Shown here one piece after another: positions 23,601 to 32,995 of a stretch of 64,000 bases of DNA (its first letter is position 1; every line of letters begins with the position of its first letter). Source of the stretch: Haliotis rubra (Eukaryota). Location: positions 620,001-684,000 of the forward strand of contig NW_025767019.1 in the NCBI RefSeq assembly GCF_003918875.1, given 5' to 3'. The notes under the pieces were generated by a model, which was not told the DNA's origin, searched no databases, and saw nothing but the letters and a program-made list of their open reading frames with translations. The position numbers and the translations under genes were made by a program.

Positions 23601-26600
23601 GGGCGGGGCTGGGGGTGTGGTGTACAGCAACACACAAACCTCATACATGTTGTCTGTCCACAGGCTAAGGACCTGAGGCAGCTCCTTGAGGGGGCGGGGC
23701 TGGGGGTGTGGTGTACAGCAACACACAAACCTCATACATGTTGTCTGTCCACAGGCTAAGAACCTGAGGCAGCTCCTTGAGGGGGCTGGGGGTGGGGTGT
23801 GGTGTACAGCAACACACAAACCCCTTGAGCATACATGTTGTCTGTCCACAGGCTAAGGACCTGAGGCAGCTCCTTGAGGGGGGGGGCTGGGTGTGTGGTG
23901 TACAGCAACACACAAACCCTCATACATGTTGTCTGTCCACAGGCTAAGGACCTGAGGCAGCTCCTTGAGGGGGCGGGGCTGGGTGTGTGGTGTACAGCAA
24001 CACACAAACCTCATACATGTTGTCTGTCCACAGGCTAAGGACCTGAGGCAGCTCCTTGAGGGGGTGGGGCTGGGTGTGTGGTGTACAGCAACACACAAAC
24101 CTCATACATGTTGTCTGTCCACAGGCTAAGAACCAGAGGCAGCTCCTTGAGGGGGCGGGTCTGGGGGTGTGGTGTACAGCAACACACAAACCTCATACAT
24201 GTTGTCTGTCCACAGGCTAAGGACCTGAGGCAACTCCTTGAGGGGGCGGGGCTGGGGGTGTGGTGTACAGCAACACACAAACCTCATACATGTTGTCTGT
24301 CCACAGGCTAAGAACCTGAGGCAGCTTCTTGAGGGGGGGGGCTGGGGGTGTGGTGTACAGCAACACACAAACCTCATACATGTTGTCTGTCCACAGGCTA
24401 AGAACCTGAGGCAGCTCCTTGAGGGGCTGGGGGTGTGGTGTACAGCAACACACAAACCTCATACATGTTGTCTGTCCACAGGCTAAGAACCTGAGGCAGC
24501 TCCTTGAGGGGCGCGGGCTGGGGGTGTGGTGTACAGCAACACACAAACCTCATACATGTTGTCTGTCCACAGGCTAAGAACCTGAGGCAGCAACACACAA
24601 ACCTCATACATGTTGTCTGTCCACAGGCTAAGAACCTGAGGCAGCTCCTTGGGGGCGGGGCTGGGGTGGGTGTACAGCAACACACAAACCTCATACATGT
24701 TGTCTGTCCACAGGCTAAGAACCTGAGGCAGCTCCTTGAGGGGGCGGGGCTGGGGGTGTGGTGTACAGCAACACACAAACCTCATACATGTTGTCTGTCC
24801 ACAGGCTAAGGACCTGAGGCAGCTCCTTGAGGGGGCGGGGCTGGGTGTGTGGTGTACAGCAACACACAAACCTCATACATGTTGTCTGTCCACAGGCTAA
24901 GGACCTGAGGCAGCTCCTTGAGGGGGCGGGTCTGGGGGTGTGGTGTACAGCAACAGGGGAGAGAGACACAACAGAGTCAGAGTCAGACACTCTACCCCTC
25001 AGCCAAGACAGTAAGTTGTACAGATACAGCTAACCTAGTCAGTCACACAGCAGCTGAACCATACTGTTCTCTCTTCTGCTCAACACTCTCTGTAATGATT
25101 TAGCACTGAAAGAAGCAAGTCTAGATTTACACAGGTTGTGAATCTCAATTTCCTTAGTGCTTCTTTTTAAGTTAAATGTAGTTGATTTATTTCTCAATCA
25201 TTTTTATATATTTTCAGAGACTGAGATTTAGCCAAATGGTAACAGCTTGCTGTAGTGGATCAATTTTTACATAATAAAGAGATTATGCATAAAACATCTG
25301 TCTAAATACATAGCTCAAGAGTTCAGAAGCAGATCAGATGACTTATTGTATGGTAAGATCAATTACTTGGTCTGATTTTCTGACCTACTTATTTCAGTTT
25401 TGGGAGCCAAGAATTAAACAACAATGTGTTAACCCTGTGTCCTAGCAACCAGAAATTCCAAGAATTTGCAGACAGGGCATCTGTTGTTATCATCATTTTG
25501 TCACAAGCTTTCTCAAGGTCAAGGACATGTCAGCAGCAGGTGAGAAATTGAATAAATTCTATGTTTGTGTATTCTGTTTGCTCTGCTGAAATATTTTGAA
25601 ACTTATCCTATCTCTCAATTCTAATGCAGGTGTTTTATTGTGAGCACCGGAAGCGAGTGATTCCTGTCAAGTTTGAGGAGTTTCGCATGCCTGGCTGGTT
25701 GAGTATGCTGATTGGGACAAACTACATTGAGGTGAGACCTTGGGACCAACTCTTTTGGGGTTAGAAATTGGGAACAACTATTTGGAGGTACAACATTGGG
25801 ACCAACTGCATTGAGGTGAGACACTGGGGCGTACTCTTTTGAGATAAGACATTGTGCTCAACGCCTTTGAGTTAAGACATTGGCACCAACTCCATTGAGG
25901 TAAGACATTGGGACCAACTCCATTGAGGTAAGACATTGGGACCAACTCCATTGAGGTGAGACACTGGGGCGTACTCTTTTGAGATAAGACATTGTGCTCA
26001 ACGCCTTTGAGTTAAGACATTGGCACCAACTCCATTGAGGTAAGACATTGGGACCAACTCCATTGAGGTAAGAAACTGGGACCAACTCCATTGAGGTAAG
26101 ACACTGGGACTGACTCCTTTGAGGGAAGACATTGGGACTGACTCCTTTGAGGGAAGACATTGGGACTGACTCCTTTGAGGTAAGACATTGGGACCGACTG
26201 CGTTGATGTGAGACATTGGGACCAACTCCATTGAGGTAAGTCACTGCGTTGATGTGAGACATTGGGACCAACTCCATTGAGGTAAGACACTGGGACCAAC
26301 TCCATTGAGGTAAGACACTGGGACTGACTCCTTTGAGGTAAGACATTGGGACTGACTCCTTTGAGGTAAGACATTGGGACCGACTACGTTGATGTGAGAC
26401 ATTGGGACCAACTCCACTGAGGTTAGATATTGTGACCAACTGCATTGTGGTAAGACACTGGGACTGACTCCTATGAGATAAGACATTGGGACTGACTGCA
26501 TTGATGTGAGACATTGGGACCGACAGCATTGATGTGAGACCTTGGAACCAACTCCATTGAGGTGAGACCTTGGGACCAACTCAATTGAGGTAAGACATTG

Positions 26601-29600
26601 GGACCAACTGCATGGAGGTAAGACCTTGGGGCCAACGACATTGAAGTTAGAAATTGGGACCAAATGCATTGAGGTAAGACACTGGGACCAACTGCATTGA
26701 GGTAAGACACTGGGACCAACTCCTTTTGGGTAAGACACTGGGACCAACTCCTTTTGGGTAAGACACTGGGACCAAATGCATTGAGGTAAGACACTGGGAC
26801 CAAATGCATTGAGGTAAGACACTGGGACCAAATGCATTGAGGTAAGAAACTGGGACCAAATGCATTGAGGTAAGACACTGGGACCAAATGCATTGAGGTA
26901 AGACATTGGGACCAACTCCTTTGAGGTAAGAGACAGGGACCAACATTTTCTACTGCTTGTTTTTATTGTCTGTCACACCATATTGTGAGTTTGTGGTGAT
27001 GGATATCTTTGTTTTCCAACAGAGCGTGAAGCAGACAAACTTCGGACAGAGTCTGTTGACGCGGGTCCAGAGGTGTACCGATCCCAGCAGCTGCAACAAC
27101 CTGCGGGAGGAGTTTGATGAAGTCCGACTCACACGTACAGTGAGTAGTCCTACATCATCATAGCCATTATGTCCATGAATGTTAATTTTAGCTGGTCCAT
27201 TTGCTATTGGCCAGATTCCATGAACCAGGTTTATGGTCATGGCACTACATAAGGTGTGCAAGGTGTGCTTCCAAAGTGGTTAAGTTGTGCAGAGTTTTCA
27301 CAGTTTCGAGACTAATTAGTCTTTAATAAAACAACATTGTTCACATAATCAGGTTGATAATCTTAAAGCATATCAATGCTGTTTTCAAAATTTTGAAATT
27401 GACATTGACTTTTGAAACGCAAAGAATTTAGGGGAGGCGAGTCCATAAGGAATGGACATGCCACTGGAGTGTCTAAATTTGGGCCTGTGAGAATTTGCCC
27501 ATAAAACTAGCACAATCATCAATTTTAAGTCCGAGTCAGAGTAGTCTCCCTTGGCTGCTTAGTAACCAGAGGTTTTGTGGTATTTTTTTCTGAGACAGTG
27601 ATAATAAGATGATAATAAGAGTTCAAGTTAAAATCTGAGGCTTCGTAGTCCCAGGTAGTTGTTGTGTCATTTGTTTGATAGCTCTGGTAATACGGGAAAA
27701 GTGGTACTGAAGTGTTATGATAACTCTGCAGGTGAACCACATCAAGGGTCGAGTCGGGCAGACGTCTTGTGTGTACATCTCTGGCAGCACTAAGTTCTAC
27801 AACACCATCACTGAGGCCGTCTGTCGGTAAGTTCAACATAAATCATCAGATAAAAGTTAGCCTAATAGTTGAAAATAATGTAACTTTACCCATCATTCTG
27901 TCTGTTCTTTTTGTCAGATCAATTGGAAGTGAGTTGGCGCAGCTCCCAAACATCGCCATGGCAACTGGTGGGTTTTTTGGTGTTGGCGAAACTGTCAGTC
28001 TGACTTTTTATGAGGAATCTCAAAGACTGTGGAGGAAGAACAGTGTGTGGCATGTCCTGCCTGAACGTGATAACCAGGTCAGAGTCAGGATATATTCCTA
28101 AAACAGTTGACTGTACCCGTGAAGATCTGGGTTAGATCTTCAGTAACTCATGCTTGTCGTAAGAGGCTGACTAATGGGATCGGATGGTCAGGCTCGCTGA
28201 TTTGATTGACACATGTCATCGTATCCCATTTGCGTAGAACGATGATCAAGATGTTGATCACTGGATTGTCTGGTCCAGACTCAATTGTTTACAGACCGCC
28301 GTCACATAGCTGGAATATTGCTGAGTGCGGCGTAAAACTAAACTCACTCACTCACTCACTCACTCAATTTGGGAACTGACACATTCTAGAGGGGCGGGCA
28401 CACATTCTTTTTAAGGAGAGAAAATATTTTCAGATATTTGTTACAACTTAAAATACTTTTATGCTTACTAATTTATTGTCACACATGTCAACACAACTGC
28501 ATTGTGTGTAGGAGTTAAGCATTACCAAGCATTGTTTCCAAACAATGGAAGACAAACATGCTTTTGTTACAAATGTAGGGATTATGTAAGCACCGATATT
28601 GTGCTTCATTCTTGATTGTCTCATAGAGAGGGTACAGTATATGAATTAGCATGGGTTTTGAAGGTTTTACAGGGGGTTGATTTATTGGTGGGGTTGCCCT
28701 ACAGATGGCAATATACCTTTAGATCTTTTATTTGTGAATGTACATACTAAAAGTAATTGTATAAATTAGACTATGACTACAGTTACTCATTGGTGCAATT
28801 TTAACAATATTACTGAATGCAGATTGCTGTGTCACTGAATGCACTGGGGTTTTTTTCCTTTCAGAATATTGAAAGTTGTAATACGCAGCTGACAGTGTCT
28901 TGGTGATATGGTTAAGTGTAATAATGGAGATTGATATCTTGAAAATGGTTCAGTGATCATGTATACAACCACCAGGTTCTTTTTTCCCAGGATCGACACC
29001 AGCAAGCCCGCCAAAATCCAGATCTCACCTTCGGTATTGTTCCTTTTGGGAAGACAATATTCTGTGGCGACAGTGTGCGTGAGAGGGAGAATGTCGTGGC
29101 TCGAACTTTTGATGTCTGCATTCTCATTGAAGGTGAGTCAGTGTGTCACAAAGTCAGATTTGGTTTGGTAAATTAGAAATGGTTCCACCCATGAAGATCC
29201 GGGTTAGAATTGGTCTTCAGAAACACATGCTTGTCATAAGAGGCGAGGGTGGTCAGGCTGGCTGACTTGGTTGACACATGTCACCGTATCCCAATTGCAT
29301 AGATTGATGCTCATGCTGTTGATCACTGGATTGTTTGGTCCAGACTTGATTATTTACAGACTGCCGCCATATACCTGGAATGTTGCTAAGTGCAGCATTA
29401 AACAACCAACCAACCAAGAAATGGTTCCCAGCAGCCTGTGCCGAGCATGAGACATGACCAAATGTCCTTGGTTATTTGGGTCAGTGACTGAACCGATGTG
29501 TCACCCCAGGGGCAAGGATCACTGGATTATCGGACCCAGACTCTCTACAGATCTGAGTGCAGCAATAAACAACACAGTCAAGGTCTTTGGGGAATATCAA

Positions 29601-31583
29601 ACACATACCTTCAATATCTTTATCTTCTTTGTTTTGTTATGTTTATATTTCTGTGACAAAGACTTTTCTGCTTTTCTCATTGCATGGAGTCATTGCACAC
29701 TTTCAGTCAGTAGTTGTGCTAATCAAGATTTGCTGAATGCTGTTGTATTGTTGGCTATAAAATGTTGTTTTCTCTTCTAATAAGCTACAGTATATTAACA
29801 GCAAACAAGAAACATCAACCAAATGGGGGACTGAGTATGATCAGGTCCTCGGCAATTTATGTTGTCATAGGAAGCACTAAATTGGATCGTGAGGCACTGC
29901 TTGTTCACTTGGTTGATTGATTGTAGCCGCTAGGTGTGGATGGTTGCTCTGAATATCAATCACTGGCTTGTCAATTATGTATTGGCCATTTTTGTGTGTG
30001 TTAAGCTAGAATCAGAAAATGAAACATCATGTGATCATTATTTCAGTGCTGGAATGACAGCCAGTAACATGAAGGTTTTGCTTTTGTATTGTCAAGAACT
30101 ATCGATTATGATATTTGCACATGCTTTTCCCAGTCAGATTTTGTAAGGAGTTAAATTCACAGCTTTAAAATTGTATATATGCACCATGAAGGTCGCTTGT
30201 CTATATGGTGCTGTCAGTCAGAAGGTTCCTAATTTTGGGTTTCGCCACTAGGTGGCCCTGGTGCAGCACATGAGGCAGAACAGTTTGTATGGAACGACCA
30301 TGTTGTGATCCCGGTCCGGTGCACAGGGGGCGCTGCAGGCGGCAAGTTTAGCATCCCAGACAAGATATTTGAGGTTTGTTTGTTTTATTCTTTGTTTGAT
30401 TAATGTCACACTGAGTGCTTCCCTAGCTTCAGATGGCTGTAAGCAATCGAGTCATTTGTAGCTAAGGGCCATTTTAAACACAGATCTCCTTAGAGACATT
30501 TGAGATGGGCAGATCATATCTCGACTTACTTTCATGAGTTTCCTTAGTGACCAGATATTGTAGAAATACATGCACCTTTATGACAGGTTCTGTGATACAT
30601 TGATTTACTGTATTGTAAATGTGTCAAACTACTCCATGTAGTTAATATCAGTCTTGGCATTACAGTTTAACTATAGTTGTATAAATGATAAGGTTGTGTC
30701 CAAGTCCTCTGGAGTAGTATATATAGGAGAATAGGGTGCATTTACTATAATCAATGGAAACGGACATATGTTTTTAAAACTATTTACCAAAAATCGACAT
30801 AAAGAAGTTTCGCATAGCTCTCTCGTTTTCGTTGCTCTCCCATGAATTATTTATTGAAACTGGCAGGTATACAGGTATACAAAGAGAAAACAGAATATGT
30901 CAATTATGTAATATGAATACTGTTGAGGATGAACTACATTTCCTTCTAATCTGTCCTGTTTATACGACTCTACAAACAAAATACCTAAAGCCATACTATT
31001 ATAAGCATCCAAGTGTAGGAAAATTACTTTCACTATTAACAGATACTACCACATCACTATTACAGAATCTGGCAATGTACATCTTTTTCGTTATGAGTTT
31101 AAGAAAAAGTATTGTTATAGAGATGAATTTATAAATTACTTCTATCTACTCATGTAAACTTTAAATGTACTATAGGCCTTTGGCCTTTTTAAGTCCTGAA
31201 TAAAGATTGATTGAAGTGTGAATGTTCATGATGTTATTGTGTTTCTTGTGAAACAACAAGTTTGTTGTGTGCCTGGTTGCTGAAGGATTTCATAGATAAA
31301 TTGTTAAATGATTGGTTATCAGGTACCACATGGAGTGTCAGAATATGATTGGAGCATGCTTGGCAAACCAGATGTCTCAGCCATTGAAATTGGCCAATCA
31401 GTGAGCAGGATTGTACAGGCACTGTTTGACAAGATGTCAACAGAAGATTTAGCATCTCAGCAAGACACACCCACAAAGGTCACCAGTGTGACCCCCTCAA
31501 TGTCCCCCTGCAAGACCCCTAGCCCATCTCGGGTAGCAGGAAAACCCAGTCTCACAACCATGAGGACGGTGCTACTTGGCTAA
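12536..31583 (+). CDS. Uncharacterised ~863-aa protein: two ubiquitin-like N-terminal repeats, TIR, TIR-like and SLOG (SMF/DprA/LOG-fold) domains; 19 exons
   Basis: GT-AG exons: 12536-12545, 14204-14399, 17391-17478, 18107-18213, 18772-18989, 19302-19489, 19765-19890, 20594-20730, 21700-21845, 22701-22820, 24896-25010, 25398-25539, 25630-25731, 27023-27139, 27732-27826, 27918-28077, 28991-29132, 30252-30373, 31323-31583 (TAA). Phases are consistent apart from four 1-bp indels (~17450, ~19416, ~20632, ~25398). TIR motifs LLISYVRAEA..LGFSVYLDVHEIKSGVDWQDSLNDAVSNCEVFVPLVTPRYGETQWTNREVKLA; SLOG motifs VYISGS, ATGGFFGVGE, LIEGGPGAAHE, VIPVRCTGGAA. Confidence 0.85.
13849..14096 (+). mobile_element. 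~250-bp interspersed SINE-like repeat (family 2)
   Basis: Near-identical copies at 28115-28366 and 29187-29416; shared tail gctggaatattgctgagtgcggc..(caac/ctca)n. Confidence 0.8.
14560..14818. repeat. (CTTA)n microsatellite, probably the (TAAG)n 3' tail of the minus-strand RTE LINE; next to assembly gap 14819-14995
   Basis: cttacttact.. runs on both sides of the SINE at 14632; the LINE 3' end resumes just after the N gap. Confidence 0.75.
14632..14777 (+). mobile_element. Short tRNA-derived SINE (family 1)
   Basis: A box TAGCCTAGTGG, B box GGTTCAATTCC, conserved body cacatgggcacaatgtg..gcccatttctggtgtccc; copies at 50060 and 57028. Confidence 0.85.
14996..17300 (-). mobile_element. Degenerate RTE-clade LINE (reverse transcriptase and C-terminus), 5'-truncated
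   Basis: ORF fragments KAPGKIQIYADMLK, FIDFSKAFDSI (16470-16510), LEDLDFADDIALLA, LLYGAESW and the terminal RGRP..ETWRR..WKTLVTALC; several frameshifts. Confidence 0.88.
15135..15634 (-). mobile_element. ~500-bp tRNA-headed SINE inserted into the LINE 3' coding region
   Basis: Minus strand begins GGGGGCGCGGTGGGCGAGCTGGCTAAGGCG..GGATCGAGCCC (A/B boxes). It splits the LINE between ..GAAGATGTCCCAA and GAGACATGGAGAAG. Confidence 0.65.
19395..20730 (+). other. TIR domain 1 (TIR_2/SARM-like, catalytic Glu present) of the TIR-TIR-SLOG gene
   Basis: QLLISYVRAEAADHALKLKEELSVLGFSVYL|DVHEIKSGVDWQDSLNDAVSNCEVFVPLVTPRYGETQWTNRE|VKLADVLGKYILPVNFLDTWPP after correcting two 1-bp insertions; the Glu codon is GAG at 19888-19890. 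Confidence 0.85.
21055..21408. mobile_element. Possible MITE (hAT-like termini)
   Basis: cagggatttaca at 21055 and tgtaaatcccta ending ~21408; no clear target-site duplication. Confidence 0.4.
22150..22295 (-). mobile_element. Penelope-like terminal-repeat remnant in inverted arrangement with a hammerhead-like core
   Basis: Inverted pair (tatatggatggcaacttcttgtttattg..ttctgggctactttttgcccctt / aaggggcaagaagtagcccagaaacaataaacaagaagttgccatccatata); minus strand reads CTGATGAAGGGGC..GCCCAGAAGCGTTGTG. Confidence 0.5.
22775..25731 (+). other. TIR-like domain 2 (Glu replaced by Gln)
   Basis: ALVVICVHPNQTAF|AKDLRQLLEGAGLGVWC..FQEFADRASVVIIILSQAFSRSRTCQQQ|VFYCEHRKRVIPVKFEEFRMPGWLSMLIGTNYIE follows the TIR beta/alpha pattern. 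Confidence 0.7.
23452..24955 (+). repeat. 91-bp minisatellite (~17 copies) made of a splice acceptor plus the 5' part of exon 11 of the TIR-TIR-SLOG gene
   Basis: Unit acacacaaacctcatacatgttgtctgtccacag|gctaaggacctgaggcagctccttgagggggcggggctgggggtgtggtgtacagca; only the last copy continues into unique exon sequence and a GTAAGT donor at 25011. Confidence 0.92.
25711..26942 (+). repeat. 28-bp minisatellite (~44 copies) made of the exon 13 3' end plus its splice donor
   Basis: Unit attgggaccaactccattgag|gtaagac; the first copy is the real exon end attgggacaaactacattgag|gtgagac. Confidence 0.9.
28115..28366 (+). mobile_element. SINE-like repeat family 2
   Basis: Matches the 13849 and 29187 copies; (ctca)n tail. 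Confidence 0.8.
29187..29416 (+). mobile_element. SINE-like repeat family 2
   Basis: Matches the other copies; flanked by the direct repeat agaaatggttcc (target-site duplication). Confidence 0.8.
30760..31214 (+). mobile_element. 3' fragment of a CR1/L2/Crack-type LINE
   Basis: ORF SHELFIETGRY..RICQLCNMNTVEDELHFLLICPVY (C-terminal CCHC-like motif of LINE ORF2), followed by aataaa and an (attg)n tail. Confidence 0.75.
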
Positions 31584-32995
31584 CAACTGGTTCCTCATCA
31601 AAGAAGAACTGTGATACAGTAATGTAATGCATTATAAATACAGCAGTTACCGTAATGCATTAATTATATTTTCTAATTATTTTTTATTAATATGATTGTC
31701 ACTCATAACAATTGATGTATTCTTGCCTGATATCTGAATGACAAGTGCTGTTTAGAGTAATAGGAGTGTTTGAATTAAAGAGACATATGCTTTGTTATAT
31801 AATGGGGTATATTTTATGAAATGGTTACATGTTTTACTCCAGCACGAGTGATTTATCATGCTGTATTTATGTATCAGGGGCCATTACTGTTATTGTATAA
31901 ATTGTCTGTCAGTATTGTGATGCAGTCATTGTTGTTTAAAGAGTATTTTATGTTTCAATGCAAACTTTTTGCCATACCCAAAAATCATATTTGCCAACAA
32001 CTTATTTTTTAATATTATTTTCCACCCCCTTTTTTACATTCCTCATGAAAATAGTTGCTTCAGAGAAATTTGAAAATTTTACATTTATGTCCAGCCTAAC
32101 TGGTCTTTCATTAGAACAAATGTTTGCTTGTGTAGACCCTGCCAAGTATATTAAGTATCGGCACCCATTTTGAAATAGAATAATGTTGATGTTATGAATC
32201 TTGTTGCTTTGACATGTGTCGAACAATTGTGTATAAATGTTCATTTCAGTATCATTTGACTAATAATAAGTGTAACGGAAAGTAGTCTGCTTGTACTAAG
32301 AGTAGTTGTAAGAATGAAACCATGACAACATTACTAATATATGCATTTGTTTTGAGGTTTGTATAGGATATATATGTATGTTCCTTTCATTTTATACATA
32401 TTTATGAGGAATTGAATATTATTTGTTGAACAAGCATTATATATATTTGAGTTTGGTGATGGAAGGGATTTATTTATGTGTTTTTGAAGCAGACATTTCA
32501 TCCAAGTTCCAAGATTAGCAAGGTTAGTTTCAGTTCAACTCTGACAAACATGTTGAAGAGTGCATCCATAATTTACTCAAAATACATTTTTCATTCACAG
32601 GGTTTTAATCATAAAATAAATGGGGTTTTATTACTAGCTGTACTATGAATTTTGAAAATACTATAATCTGACTAGTCAAACAGAGGTTTCAAATCATAAT
32701 AACAACCTCTGATTAAAACGTAGGTCTACATCACCCTGTTATGTTTAGTTAACCCCCAGTAAAAGAACATATAGCTTATAACATGCTGTCTACACTGCCA
32801 TTGTTTATGTTTGTAGTCAAAAGTATGCATATATTGGTTTCTTTCCGCTTATTAGAAATATTAAGATGTGATTTTTTTGACAACTTTCTGTGGTATGTTC
32901 TAAAGATTCATGAGAGAAAAGCTTTCCCAATTTTATCTGATCTGACTCCACCATGAACCAGATTCCAGTATTTATTGCCTTGATACTGTTATGAT

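Larger units (their letters stand above)
27732..31440 (+). other. SLOG (SMF/DprA/LOG superfamily) nucleotide-binding domain
   Basis: CVYISGSTKFY..CRSIGSELAQLPNIAMATGGFFGVGETVS..SVRERENVVARTFDVCILIEGGPGAAHEAEQFVWNDHVVIPVRCTGGAA shows the order GS, TGG-G-E, R, GGxGxxxE, P..TGGAA typical of SLOG domains. Confidence 0.8.

Noticed and set aside
23293-26946. Cys/Pro-rich repetitive ORFs on both strands
   Set aside because: Products of the 91-bp and 28-bp arrays; only the last 91-bp unit and the first 28-bp unit are exonic.
12536-31583. Calling the TIR gene a TLR, MyD88 or SARM1, or bacterial contamination
   Set aside because: No LRR/TM, death or ARM-SAM domains; it has 18 spliceosomal introns containing host repeats.
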